Source: Octopus bimaculoides
Lineage: Eukaryota
Assembly (NCBI RefSeq): GCF_001194135.2
Contig: NC_068991.1
Location: forward strand, 51,826,020 to 51,890,019
DNA length: 64,000 bases
Reading direction: 5' to 3'
The notes under the pieces: model-generated
Databases searched by the model: none
Seen by the model: the letters and a program-made list of their open reading frames with translations, nothing else
What the model was told of the DNA's origin: nothing
Shown: positions 1 through 13,182 of the stretch, piece by piece
Position numbering within the stretch: position 1 is the first letter of the stretch
Layout of the letters: each line of letters starts with the position of its first letter
Made by a program: the position numbers and the translations under genes

Positions 1-444
1 TATATATATATATATATATATATATCAAGATGAGAATGTGTGTGTTTGTCTGGGTGAATCCTTAAAACTCGAGAACTACACATTTCATTCAAATTTTACA
101 CATGCCTTACTTAGGGTCCATGCGGTGTCATGGGCCAAAAAAAATTTTCAACTTCTTGCCTAATGCGAGCCCAAAACAATCTCTTTCTCTTACACTATTT
201 CATTATTACGTGTCAAAAGTGAAACAACAACGTCTCTCTATTGTAATGTGAGATACTTTCAGTTTAATAGTTTCACTATTAATACTGAATACTACATATA
301 CATACATATATACGGACCAAAATATCTCGGTCCGTCCGGTTTTACTTTGTCACTTATATTTTTATTCTAATTCACCCATTCGATACTCAACGACCAATAG
401 AAATTTCACCATGTAGTACCTTACTGGATTTTACCACGAGAAAG

Positions 445-537
445 GAACCCTGAGGAAGGAAATGTTTTTATACAGGGAGTTGAATTTGGATTATTTCCTA
501 CAGCCCCTTAAAACGTTTCTGAAACGGCCGTAGGTTT
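445..537 (+). ncRNA. Type I hammerhead ribozyme motif (PLE-type, palindromic stem III)
   Basis: GAACC-CTGAGGA-AGGAAATGTTTT...AAAACGTTTCT-GAAA-CGGCCG-TA/GGTTT. Stem I 5 bp, stem II about 11 bp, stem III ACGGCCGT, predicted GUA cleavage after 532. Confidence 0.7.
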
Positions 538-1794
538 GGACTAATCCTTTCCATCGCCTCCTTTAATCTATTCTAACTATATTTTCTACTTTCATGGTAC
601 TCCTTATAGTTTTTATGTTTATAATCTTATATTTCTATATCTTTATCATCTATGTCTTAATATAAATATGTGGTTATTTGAATGGAATAATGTCTCATGT
701 CATACATCTGAATTATGAATTTGCTTGTCTGAATGTTTAAGGCTAATATCTGAAATTTTTATCGTATACCAAATTTTATTAATCTTTAGCTCATATACGA
801 GCGAAAAGACAGTTGTGCTATATATGTATGCATGTATATATGTTTACATATAGATGTATATGTAATATGTCCATATATATATATATATATATACACACAG
901 ATATATTTGCATACATATATTTATAAATATATATATATACATACATATATACATATGCATATATATATACATATATATATGCATATATACAAATACATAC
1001 ATACATACATATACATACATATATATGGGAGAATATACAAATAATAACAACAGACGAGGACAGGTGGTGTAAATAACAAAAGGATATATTAGTATGACGC
1101 TCGGGAATACTCACACACACATATGTAGTGCGGGTGTGGCTTTGTGGTAAGAAACTTGGTTCCAAAGCACATGGTCCTGGATTCAGTCCCACTGTGTGGT
1201 AACTTGGCATGTGTCTTCTGCTATAACCTCAGAGCAACCAAAGCCTTGAGTGTGGATTTGGTAGACAGAAAATGAAAGAAATCCATATATTTATATATTA
1301 TTTGTATTATTATATGATCGAACGCCACGCATCCTTTTCCAAGTAAGCTTTATCTTAATAATTACGATGCGCACACTTATTCTATCTCGTTTCTGTCTAT
1401 CTGTCTCCCTCTCTTGTTCTTCTTCCTTTCTGTTTTTCTCTCCCACCCTTTCCCTATTCTCCTCTTTTCCCCTTCACCGTTCCCTGTCTCTCACTCTTCC
1501 CCCTTGACTCTCTCGTTGATCACACGTGACTAACGGCCATTCTCTCTTTCTTGCACTTCCTTCCTAAAGACATGACGTGCTTTTATCTGTCTCTTCTCAA
1601 ATCTCGTTTTTCCAGCGTTCAGCACTTCACATATGTTTCTCTTTTTTATGTTCTTGTTTCTCATTCTGTTCATTGGTTTTTTTTAATGTCCTGTACCCAT
1701 ATATGCACGTATATATGCATATATTTATATATTATTTATATTAATATATATATATATATAATACATGTATGTATATGTGCATATGTATATATAT

Positions 1795-3545
1795 CTATTA
1801 TATAAAAGTCAATGTCTTTCTGTGTGTTCGTGTGTTACTTATAGACTCGAAAACTACTGCACCGATCCTAATGAAATTTGGAATACAAAACCCAAACCTA
1901 AGAAGGGTAATGGCGCATGTTTCATACAATTTCATGGACCAAAATTACTGAATGGATCCTTATGACATTTGGAACTTAGATTCATTGCATAACGGTGGGT
2001 ATAATGCAGTATGTTTGGTGTGAATTTGAGGTGGCTTAAAGGGAGCAGAAACCCCCATGAAAATTCATAAATTTCCGATGTTGATGAAATTTCAACCATA
2101 GGTAATTGACACACATCATGAAGTATTCCCAAAGTTTTCGCTTCTCATGAGGATTCTAAGACCCCCTAATGGCGGCCTTAACTTCCAAATTTTAGTCATT
2201 TTTTATGATCCAAAACTAGGTCAAAAGTACTGAATGGACCTTTATGAAATTTGGAAATTATATTCTATGCAAAAGGTCAGATGTAATGCAGTATATGTTT
2301 GAAAGAGAGGGGGCATAAATGAGGTCATAACCCTCATGAAAATTCATCTAGTTTTGCTGTTGATGAAATTTTAACCATAGATATTACACACAAATGAAGT
2401 AATATTCCTAAAATTTCAACTTCTTAGGAGTTAGTAAGACCCCTTAATGGGGGCTTAACCCCCACAATTTAGTCATTTTTTCCTAAGCTAAGACGAATAC
2501 AATTGTAGTCTTAAAAGCTGTAGAGTCACCCGAGCATACAAGATGAGCGTTATTTGTAATTCAATGGTACAACAGTGTAAGAGTTTGCTTTGAGATATAC
2601 TTAGATTGTGATTTTTGCAATGTGGTGCATAAATTGCCAAGTAAAGAAGAGGCATCTTCGCTTCCACTGATTCAGTTGCAAAGTGTTATTTTGAGTAAAG
2701 TTATTTGGTTGCAGAGCCCCTTTGAGTCTTTTTATTACCACTGGTTCAGAGATAGTCCCCAGATGGTAACATTGATTACAAGGCCTTTCCAGATAAGTGA
2801 TTGGTCATTCAAAGAGATTTATAGATTGCAAATTTATTCTGTTCAGTTACCTATCAGTATAGTGATCATTGGCAAACTCTAGAGGTCACACTTAGACCTC
2901 ACATCACACAGCCCTCATTTCCCCTTAGCCCTCACATCACACAGTTGTTAATGTTTATTTGGGTTGGGTCACGCCCTTCCAATTGCTATAGATCCGTAAT
3001 GCATCTTACGGCTGTGCTGGTCACCTGTATGGTGAGGAATCCTACATTGGAGAATGGTAACGACTAGGGTAGGGTAGCTGACTGCTTATTGTGATTATTC
3101 GTCTTTTGGTTTTCTGTAGCTTTGCTCTCTTTTACAAACCCAGTGAACATTCATATATTTTCGATTTCAAAGAAATTTGAACAATAGATACAAGACACAA
3201 GTTAAAAAAGATTCCCAACAATTAAACTTCTCTGGTTGACTTTAAGACCTCCCTATTAGGGGCCTTAACTCCCACATTTTAGAGCTCCATGTGCTCCATT
3301 TTTCCGGAGCAAAAACCTTTCAATAGGTTTTATAAGATTTCGATTTGGGAATCTGGGCATAAAAATGAGTAGTATGGGATAAATATGTCATGATTAGAAT
3401 TTTTGCTGAAAGAACCCTCATTAAAATTCTTAATCTTCAATTTTGATGAAACTTGAATCATAGGTATTCCAGTTCATTAAAGTAAATATAAAAGTCTAAT
3501 TCTTCAGTTCCATGTGACATTGGCAACGCCAGGTATCTCTACCAT
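1795..3545 (+). mobile_element. Non-autonomous Helitron-like element with internal ~282-bp repeats
   Basis: Starts TCTATTATATAAAAG..AACTACTGCACCGATCCTAATGAAATTTGG (typical Helitron-N 5' region). Repeat units are anchored at 1946 and 2228, with a third partial unit at 3200-3500. GGCAACGCC hairpin near the 3' end. Confidence 0.5.
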
Positions 3546-4166
3546 TATATATTTATATATAATTGTAAGATCCAGGGATCTAGGTGCAGGAGCTTAGTAA
3601 GTTTCGAGCAGTCCGTGGTAGGAATAAAAAAAAACAACAGGAATAATAATAATTTATTGACGTAGAAGCTTGCAGGCTTTTCCTATATCGAAGTTCGATA
3701 AGCTGAAAAAAAAGTTTGTTTTTATAGTTTACGGTTAGAAACTAAGGTTGTTAGGAATGCGAATAAAAATCCAAATTGAGGGAATGGAGGAAGTATAATC
3801 AAGGCTACATATGTTTCCGAGCTAGCAGACTCTCAGAAGTAATAATTACTCAATGAAGGGTACTCCACTAGCTACTCATCTGGCCGAAGATACCTTAGTT
3901 ATATGAAGGTTACATTGTCGTTAAGGAATCTCAAGTTAACTCATCGGAGATATAATTTAAAACAAGTGAAGTTGGAAGAACAGAGTAAAAAACAAAACGG
4001 AAAATCATAGGCATGAGAAATAAGATGGTCGGTAATAGAAAAGAAGGAAGAGGAAAAAAATACGGGAGTGGGCAATTGTCTAAAGTTGTTAAGAATAAAG
4101 AAAAGGGGGAAGAAGGGAAAATATTTGTTAGATTGATACTGACTGTAGAGGAAAGTCGTAGTGAAT

Positions 4167-4512
4167 TGTGTGTTGGCCCTCCGTCGCTTACGACGTCGAG
4201 GGTTCCAGTTGATCCGATCAACGGAACAGCCTGCTCGTGAAATTAACGTGCAAGTGGCTGAGCACTCCACAGATACGTGTATCCTTAACGTAGTTCTCGG
4301 AGATATTCAGCGTGACACAGTGTGACAAGGCTGACCCTTTGAATTACAGGTACAACAGAAACAGGAAGAAAGAGTGAGAGAAAGTTGTGGTGAAAGAGTA
4401 CAGCAGGGTTCGCCACTTTAGGTGTTTTCGATTAATAAACACTCACAACGCCCGGTCTGGGAATCGAAACTGCGAGTCCGCTGCCCTAACCACTGGGCCA
4501 TTGCGCCTCCAC
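4167..4512 (-). mobile_element. tRNA-derived SINE family A
   Basis: Head GTGGAGGCGCAATGGCCCAGTGGTTAGGG with A/B boxes; 10-bp TSD CGTAGTGAAT (4157-4166, 4513-4522). Confidence 0.9.
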
Positions 4513-4984
4513 CGTAGTGAATATTAAGCTGGGTAAATAAACACAACGGTAAATAAATATATTGTCGCATCCATGCATATATATTTATACAGAATAAAAA
4601 GAAAAGAAAACATTTAAGAGTGGGAATAAGGTGGATTTGCTAAGAGAGAATAAGAGGGGAGGAGGAAGAAAGAGAGGGAAGTAGGATATAAAGTTTCTAG
4701 CCATTAGGAGAACATAGCAGTGGGAGTTAAATTAGTGGCTTACTACTTAACAGTAAAACTATACATACGCATATCTGTGCGTACGTGCGTACGTTCACTG
4801 TGCTCCTATAGTATCCCCATAGGTGTGCACGCACCTGCATCATATTCTCATGTGCAGAGAAGATGTAAGGGGATCACAGGGTTAAAGAATTGATGTTATG
4901 AATACATAGAAGAGCTTCAATGGGGTGAGTAGGAATGCAGGAGGATTAGTTAGGGAATAATTGGGGAGGACACTATTATTTGTA

Positions 4985-5360
4985 CCTTCAGAATGTATTA
5001 CATAACTTGTGTTTACAGTTAAGAATTAGGACGCTCCGTTCATTAATAGATAAGACTTATGCTGTGCAGAGATAACATTTGTTGTTATAAACATTATACA
5101 GTTTGGCATGGGTAACGATGAACCATTTTAAATTGTATAGATCTGAGTTTTGTTTCAGGCTATGAATGAGCTTAGATAAAGAAGTGCTGTTAGTTTTCAC
5201 CTGAGATTTAAAGCTAAAATAGTGGTTACCAACAGGTAGTGCTGTATGAGTCGATATATACATACTTAGAATCTTTCGTGGATACCGTGCATTTACATAC
5301 AACATTTTTTGTGAGGCATCAATTTTTTAAGGAACAGGAGGTGGGTCATTTACAGCTGCA
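4985..5360 (-). mobile_element. Penelope-like element GIY-YIG endonuclease remnant
   Basis: Frameshifted CSCK..CLTKNVVCKCTVSTKDSKYVYIDS / NHYFSFKSQVKTNSTSLSKLIHSLKQ..LKWFIVTHAK..KCYLCTA; PLE EN C-terminal pattern. Confidence 0.75.
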
Positions 5361-5621
5361 TAGGATTGGAGTGGTGAGAGAACTGTCCGGGGATGTAGCT
5401 TATAGTAGCTCTCGTGTCGAGTGATATCATTCCTATAATTGCTTATTATGGTGGTGGGTGTAACCGGATCGCTTTTGACTCAATATCCTGTGGAGGAGTT
5501 ACCTCAATCCTTTTTATATTAACCAAAATGAATTTAGATTGACAAAATTATATTTTGAACCTGTTGAAGATACACAAGATGTCGAAATACCGTTCACTAG
5601 ATGACAATGGCACTCTTCTTT

Positions 5622-6206
5622 NNNNNNNNNNNNNNNNNNNNNNNNNNNNNNNNNNNNNNNNNNNNNNNNNNNNNNNNNNNNNNNNNNNNNNNNNNNNNNN
5701 NNNNNNNNNNNNNNNNNNNNNNNNNNNNNNNNNNNNNNNNNNNNNNNNNNNNNNNNNNNNNNNNNNNNNNNNNNNNNNNNNNNNNNNNNNNNNNNNNNNN
5801 NNNNNNNNNNNNNNNNNNNNNNNNNNNNNNNNNNNNNNNNNNNNNNNNNNNNNNNNNNNNNNNNNNNNNNNNNNNNNNNNNNNNNNNNNNNNNNNNNNNN
5901 NNNNNNNNNNNNNNNNNNNNNNNNNNNNNNNNNNNNNNNNNNNNNNNNNNNNNNNNNNNNNNNNNNNNNNNNNNNNNNNNNNNNNNNNNNNNNNNNNNNN
6001 NNNNNNNNNNNNNNNNNNNNNNNNNNNNNNNNNNNNNNNNNNNNNNNNNNNNNNNNNNNNNNNNNNNNNNNNNNNNNNNNNNNNNNNNNNNNNNNNNNNN
6101 NNNNNNNNNNNNNNNNNNNNNNNNNNNNNNNNNNNNNNNNNNNNNNNNNNNNNNNNNNNNNNNNNNNNNNNNNNNNNNNNNNNNNNNNNNNNNNNNNNNN
6201 NNNNNN
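5622..6206. other. Assembly gap
   Basis: N run. Other gaps: 11021-11606, 14738-15140, 40453-40462, 43612-44109, 60262-60599. Poly-X ORFs are artefacts. Confidence 1.
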
Positions 6207-6402
6207 ACACACATACATACACACATATATATATATTTACATACATATATTTACATGCATGTACATATACAAACACACACACACGTGTACATACATATAT
6301 AGGAGCATACTTATATACATTTATAACTACTTTTCTCTCTCCGTCTAATTCTTTCCTGTCTCGCCCTGTTATTCTCTCTCATCCTTTTTGACTCTATCTC
6401 TC

Positions 6403-6444
<42 letters not shown>

Positions 6445-6528
6445 TAGCGGATATACTACGAAGACTCCCTGGCATATTTTCACATAGGTCATGCAGATCT
6501 ACTTTTCTACATTGTGTACACGTACATA

Positions 6529-7018
6529 CCGTAAATCCTCGAGTGTAGTCCGCTCTTGAGTATAATACGCAGGGGATTTTTAGGGGGCTGTACCTTTGAA
6601 AAACTTAAACCTTGTGTATAATATGCACCCCTTCTCTAACTTGAGTCAAGGAGGTCTATATAACGTCCTTGTTTTGTAAATGTATATACGGTAACGTCCT
6701 TTATTATTATTGTATATATATAACATAATACAAACGTGTAGCTTTTTTGTGCACTTTGTTTGCAGAAAATAAAGAAATAACAGTAATAACGTCAGTGAAA
6801 AATAAATATTAAGTAAATTGCCTTTACATATTTATCACTATCAGTTACAAGCCCGACATCACAAAATGCGTCTGAATGAACATTGCCGGACAGCAAATAG
6901 AGACTAGGACATTGCTTAGAAAATGTTTTTCACTTTTAACCTCGTATATAGTACGCACTAGGGATTTTGACCTTTAAATTTTGGGTAAAAAATGCAGATT
7001 ATACTCGAGGATTTACGG
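6529..7018. mobile_element. Tc1/mariner-pogo type MITE
   Basis: TIR CCGTAAATCCTCGAGT(G/A)TA at both ends with TA target duplications (6527-6528, 7019-7020). Confidence 0.85.
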
Positions 7019-7315
7019 TAGTATTTTTTCTGACGGTTGACTTACTATCTTTACCTCTCACTTATGTTGGTGATTTCACACTTATTGTTTTATATTGATT
7101 TTTATAGAATATTGTTTTCCCAACAGTCTAGGAGGAGGCTAATATAGCGAACTTGTAGTTTCACCATAGTCGTGTTATTTTGGCCAATCAAAAGTCTACT
7201 TGTTTGTGAGAATTCTTGGGGTGCGTTTTAGCTATATTAAGCAGGTAAAATATAATCTCGTTTCATTCAATACCAGCCAAACCTGTCTTTCTTGACCCGG
7301 CAGCTAGGGTTAAGC

Positions 7316-7359
<44 letters not shown>

Positions 7360-9591
7360 TCCATTTCTCTCTCGCTCTCATTTAGCTAACAATCAGCTTT
7401 TCAATTTAGCTACGACAATATCGTCAGCCACTAAGACATAGCAAGAAAAAAAAAAAAAGCGCGTTACATATTTTATATATATCTCTTTACAGCTGGCTGT
7501 TATCTAATCACATAGATATGACTCAACTATACAAATTCCAAATTCCATTTAAATGAAAACATTGTTGAACATTTCCATCGCACGGTTCTGCAGACGTACC
7601 AATATACATTTACATAGACACATTAACTGTGTTTTGCGAATACAGGTGTAATGTATGCCTGCATATATGCAAGTATGCATGCTTGATTAACACATACATC
7701 AATTATCAAGGATAAATATTTGGCAGAGCTATGCAGGTAATAGAATAGAATTTTGAATTTGTGATTAAAATGGTTTTTAGAACTTTAATATCTTATGTTT
7801 ATGATATAGAAATAGAGAAGAAATGCAAAATGAATAAATACATAAAAATTTTAGATAATTACAAGTGGGATACTTTATTCTGTAACTCTGCCTGTGTTAT
7901 TCTTTATCTAAATTGAATTTTGAATTTGAAAAAGAGGCGATCACTAATAGATTGCTTTTGATTATACGGTTTCTTAATCAAAGCTGAGCTGCAAAAAATG
8001 TCTTAACCAAATCTCACAGATTGAGTTTATTTTGAGTTTATTTTGAATCGTATAACGTCAGATTGAGTTTATTTTGAATCGTATAACGTTAAAACAATAT
8101 GTTCTATAAATTATACTGTTCTCTTATTTTGGCGATTCTTAATTATTCTAACAAGCATTATTCTCATAATAATTCATTAGGTGCATGCAGGGTATCCAAA
8201 CAATAACATATTTATTCATTTTTAATATGTTCAGACGGATTCAGTGTAGTCTGTTGTTACTCGTTATCTATTGACGAACAACTGATATTAACGTTACAAA
8301 ATTAATATGGTTGTGTATGAGGTAGTTTTCCTATAAGTTCCAAAGAAAATGTAGCGTAGCTCCTGCTGAGTTTTGAACCATGGCTCTTAGGTTTCCCTAG
8401 CTCAAAACCATGACCTACTGTATTGCTGTAAATAGAAGTGTCATCAGAAAAAGTAGTAAGGGCTACGTGAATATGGGGCGACCAATCAGTACTGGCTGAT
8501 GCAGCAAGCTTCAAACACAGTGAGCGAGTTTTCCCTCCAAAAGGTTCTGGAAATGTGGCTTACTGTTGTACAAAGTTGGCAAATTAAACTCAGACCAGAT
8601 TCATGCAGCCGTTTAGACGAATCTATGTCACTTGGCTCAGCAAATTGGTCTCTATCCCGCTTCCACTTTTTGTTTTAATTGTCGTATTCAACAAAAGACA
8701 CCAACCTTAAATTTTAGTATCGAATAACAATTATACACATTCATTTCAGTTCCTTAATTATGCACAATAATTATACGTAGTCATCTCAGTGACTTCTACT
8801 TATTTCGTCTTCAATAATTTTGTACTACTTTCATATTATTATCTAGCATGTTGTATGACAGAAGATACCTAATTGTTATTCCATAAATATTGCTCCTTCA
8901 ATATATTTGTATGTACACATGTAGATATAAACGATGCGGCTTAGTACAATGTTGGAAAGAAAAAAAGACACAATTATATATTAATGTGATCACTCTTATC
9001 TTTACATGCAACCTTCATAACATTGTAAACAATCAACGATGACTAACCACCGCACTAAAAAAAAAGGCGAAATACGAGTTCTCTGTAATGACTCACGCTA
9101 GGCTTTTTGGGATAGGCTTTGTATTTTCACCAAATTAAATTGCTTTTGCAATTTATATAGATAGAGTGACTTTTTTTTTTTTTTTTTTAAAAGGTACATT
9201 TTTAAAGCCTTTTTCGATGTAGAATTCATTCTGCTATAGTTAACTTTTAACATAACTAAGTTGAAAAAATTGAAACATACTTTTGCAGAGTTTATTATAT
9301 TTATTTGATTATGCTTCTTTTTTTAAAAAAAAAAAAACCCTACCTACGAATAACCAATGAATTATATGATTTAATGAATTAAATTTAAAATACCATAGCT
9401 TTAATAACAGCTGCTGTCCTTATCGTGAAATTTTACCTGATCTTATTAGCAGTCTCTCATAATAGGAAAGTGGAATACTAAGGATGGCAGAGAGCATAAC
9501 AAGGATTTGGAAAGTCAGTTTAAATGGATATGAGAAAGAATGCAGTATGCATGTGTTGTAGCAGTAATATCAAACATGCGTGAGTCGGCTC

Positions 9592-11960
9592 TGTAGTGAC
9601 GCCTTTATAGCAGACGACATTTCCGGAGTCTACCCACGCATGCGCAGGGACTAGTTCCGGTAGGAATACAGGAAGAGTCTCATGCGCATGCGTAGTCATC
9701 GATATCCAAGCTTCGTGCGGATTTTCATCCTCTTTCTCGCTGGCCGACGAAGGGCCTAGACGTCGTAGCAGCCTCTCTCCAACATTCCAACTCTGGAGCT
9801 AGACAAATAACCACGCAACTTCATTGACGGCGTCTCAGTAACCAAAGAGCGAAGTGCTGCCGAATTCTATTGTAATAAATATTGTTGTGTTGATAGTTCA
9901 GAATCTGCGTTCCGTTGTTTCTTCAAGAAAATTAATGTACGGAAGCGGAGTACACCTAGTGGTGTATAATCAATTTCCTACAATTGGTGACACCCGACGT
10001 GATTCGGTTCAACAACTTCCCTTCAATTGGTGACCCCGAATAAAGAACAACTGCAGCCGAAAATCTGAACTACCGACCGATAATACTACACGAGCCATCG
10101 CCTGTCTCTCAACATGCTCGTCACAGATAGAGAATGCACACACACTCACTCACATCAGCTTATTCCACAGTTGCAGGACTTTCTCTTGGTCATCACACGG
10201 TACTTTGCAAATTGGTACCCCGAGCTAAAAGATCTACAGACCTCGTTTCAACAGCCATTGAATTCGTATGTTTCGCGACGTTCAACTTCAGGATTGCCTC
10301 TACATTCTCATCCATCACAAGTGAAAAGCTAAGTAAATTTTCCTACGTTAAAGTTTTTCATTTTGTCAATGACTTCCAGAGCCTATAACCAAAGACTTCT
10401 TTGCGGCTGAGACCTTTGTAGTTTTTCACACAAAAAACTTCACGGTTATTTCATCCTAACAACTTTTTGAGCAGTTTCCTACATGTTTCACGAGACGTCA
10501 ATTCATTCTTACACAGCATCCTCTACTTGCTGAAAATAGCAGTAAAATGCACAGTTACATTTCAGTGAGTACATAACATTTCTTGATGCTTACTTGTTCT
10601 CAGTTCAGCATTTTTCGTCACCTCTCCGTTTCTCTCGGCTGGAGAATGGAAGAGTTCTGGCTCATCTTCATTTGCACGGGATCTTTTGGTCCTTTTCGCT
10701 CGCAGCTCCGAATTCATGACAGCATTTTCAAGCAATGCCACTCAACGGTATCTCTCAAATAGACGCCCTGTCACAACTACCACACACACCACTGTCAGCA
10801 TCTTTACCAATGCATACACCATCGCAAACACACATACAGAACACAGCTACAGCCAGTTCCAGCGCCGACGTCTTCACCACCAATGTACTGTCTACCATTG
10901 TCGTCGCCAGCAACACCATCAACAAGCGCGGTTTTATCTCGACCCTGTTAGAGTGGATGTTTCCACTCACGATCAACAGACCAGAACTAACCAGCCAGAA
11001 TATTCCGTACCAGGTAACACNNNNNNNNNNNNNNNNNNNNNNNNNNNNNNNNNNNNNNNNNNNNNNNNNNNNNNNNNNNNNNNNNNNNNNNNNNNNNNNN
11101 NNNNNNNNNNNNNNNNNNNNNNNNNNNNNNNNNNNNNNNNNNNNNNNNNNNNNNNNNNNNNNNNNNNNNNNNNNNNNNNNNNNNNNNNNNNNNNNNNNNN
11201 NNNNNNNNNNNNNNNNNNNNNNNNNNNNNNNNNNNNNNNNNNNNNNNNNNNNNNNNNNNNNNNNNNNNNNNNNNNNNNNNNNNNNNNNNNNNNNNNNNNN
11301 NNNNNNNNNNNNNNNNNNNNNNNNNNNNNNNNNNNNNNNNNNNNNNNNNNNNNNNNNNNNNNNNNNNNNNNNNNNNNNNNNNNNNNNNNNNNNNNNNNNN
11401 NNNNNNNNNNNNNNNNNNNNNNNNNNNNNNNNNNNNNNNNNNNNNNNNNNNNNNNNNNNNNNNNNNNNNNNNNNNNNNNNNNNNNNNNNNNNNNNNNNNN
11501 NNNNNNNNNNNNNNNNNNNNNNNNNNNNNNNNNNNNNNNNNNNNNNNNNNNNNNNNNNNNNNNNNNNNNNNNNNNNNNNNNNNNNNNNNNNNNNNNNNNN
11601 NNNNNNTCTATCCACGCATGCGCAGGGACTAGTTCCGGTAGGAATACAGGAAGAGTCTCATGTGCATGCGTAGTCATCGATATCCAAGCTTCGCGCGGAT
11701 TTTCATCCTCTTTCTCGCTGGCCGGAGAAGGGCCTGGACGTCGTAGCAGCCCCTCTCCAACATTCCAACTCTGGAGCTAGACAAATAACCACGCAACATC
11801 ATTGACGGCGTCTCAGTAACCAAAGGGCGAAGTTCTGCCGAATTCTATTGTAATAAATATTGTTGTGTTGATAGTTCAGAATCTGCGTTCCGTTGTTTCT
11901 TCAAGAAATTTAATGTACGGAAGCGGAATACACCTAATGGTGTATAACCACTTCCTTACA
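9592..11960 (+). mobile_element. Short Ty3/Gypsy-type LTR retrotransposon (CsRn1-like), probably non-autonomous
   Basis: 5' LTR 9592-9982 (TGTAG...CTACA, 391 bp). 3' LTR visible 11607-11960, with 17 mismatches in 354 aligned nt. 4-bp TSD GCTC at 9588-9591 and 11961-11964. tRNA-Trp PBS. Internal region contains a gap and shows no pol. Confidence 0.88.
9985..10003 (+). promoter_or_regulatory. Primer-binding site complementary to the tRNA-Trp 3' end
   Basis: TGGTGACACCCGACGTGAT versus canonical TGGTGACCCCGACGTGAT (one inserted A), 2 nt after the LTR end. A second partial copy lies at 10028-10039. Confidence 0.85.
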
Positions 11961-12247
11961 GCTCTAACTGATCATGAACACTCTGTAAAGTACTGAAAGA
12001 ATGATAATAGTTGTTAACTAAGGCTAGTGTCCAATATATATAGAAATGAAAAATTTCAAATTAAGTAGAGCATCTGTTATTCTGTGATCGATCGGTAGGT
12101 CCGTACATCGATCTAATAACAAATAAAGGGTATGTACTTGAAAAAGATTAAGTTATATCGAACAAAATGCATGAGTATAATCAAGATATTATTGCTCTGG
12201 ACTTGCAGGAGGCGTTAATTGACAGTTTAGAAACATAAAAATTTGTA

Positions 12248-12265
12248 CACACACAGACACAGACA

Positions 12266-12339
<74 letters not shown>
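12248..12339. repeat. (CA)n microsatellite
   Basis: Direct reading. Similar AT/AC/ATAC tracts lie at 820-1025, 7321-7360 (CTTT)n, 62240-62945 and elsewhere, and produce the spurious YIYI ORFs. Confidence 0.95.
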
Positions 12340-12343
<4 letters not shown>

Positions 12344-12429
12344 TGGAATGAAACAGGTAAATTAATTAACGACAAGCAACATTTTTGTAAATAATCGAAA
12401 TGGACTTGGGACACATCTTGAATAGCATT

Positions 12430-12830
12430 TCTGGTCAAATTAGCGATGCGGAGGCTAGAGTTTGTTTCCTTCGTTCATAACTAGTGGCACCCATGTATTT
12501 GAGTTTCTGAATCTAACTCATCAAGTGAAGGTGACTGGCAACAGTATCATGAGAGCATCCCATATATTGGAACAATCTGCTAGTGGACTGGCGCGGATCC
12601 ACGTGGATGAGATCGTTCAATCGGTCCATTGAACTGAATAGATCGGCTGCAACACAGAGAGTCAGTGAGGTCGGATTTTCTCCACTTTGAAGAGTGAAGG
12701 CCATTTCTGTGCAGCTATTTCAGTAAAAGCGCCCTCTTCATACGCAATACAAATGTCTCAAGGGCTTTGGCAACTTTGAAACTTTGAAAGTGAAGAGAAG
12801 CATGTGTCAAAAATGCTCGCCTTTTTTCAA
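12430..12830 (-). mobile_element. Mariner transposase N-terminal remnant
   Basis: DRLNDLIHVDPRQSTSRLFQYMGCSHDTVASHLHLM..IQKL, the mariner HTH pattern preceding WVPHEL; frameshifted. Confidence 0.7.
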
Positions 12831-13182
12831 CTTATCGTCATATGTTTGAATACAGGTAAAATTTTGTTAAATTTCAAAAACAATAAATAAGAGTTGCAGA
12901 GGAAAAATAGAGTTATAAAACCCCATAAAACACTGATAAAGATATTTCTCGTCTTAATTCAAATAACATTGGAAAGGAACGGAGCTTATCTGACAACTCA
13001 ATACATGCTATAAAAAATTCTCAAACTAAACACAGTTCGTCGGTTAGTCAAAGAGAAATCTATTCAGTTAATCTTATAGTAGTGGGAGAAATCTCAATGT
13101 CAGTTATTCACAAAGACAAGGAATTGCGTTTCGCATACTCTAAAGACGAAACCAGTCAGCTTTATATTTGTTTTGCATATCA

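Noticed and set aside
818-1805. ORFs rich in Y/I/V/C/M (also 62315-63066 and 58661-58874)
   Set aside because: Translations of AT/AC microsatellites.
4680-4770. Hammerhead-like traces here and near 7130, 42610, 53900 and 59355
   Set aside because: Two or more core bases or whole stems are missing, so they cannot be distinguished from chance.
5514-6391. Long poly-X ORFs here and at the other gaps
   Set aside because: They are created by N runs.
8017-8089. ~31-nt local tandem duplication
   Set aside because: Ordinary slippage product with no associated structure.
8302-8565. Minus-strand open frame containing TTFSDDTSIY (RT-like FADD motif or exon)
   Set aside because: No further RT or protein motifs and no convincing pair of splice sites.
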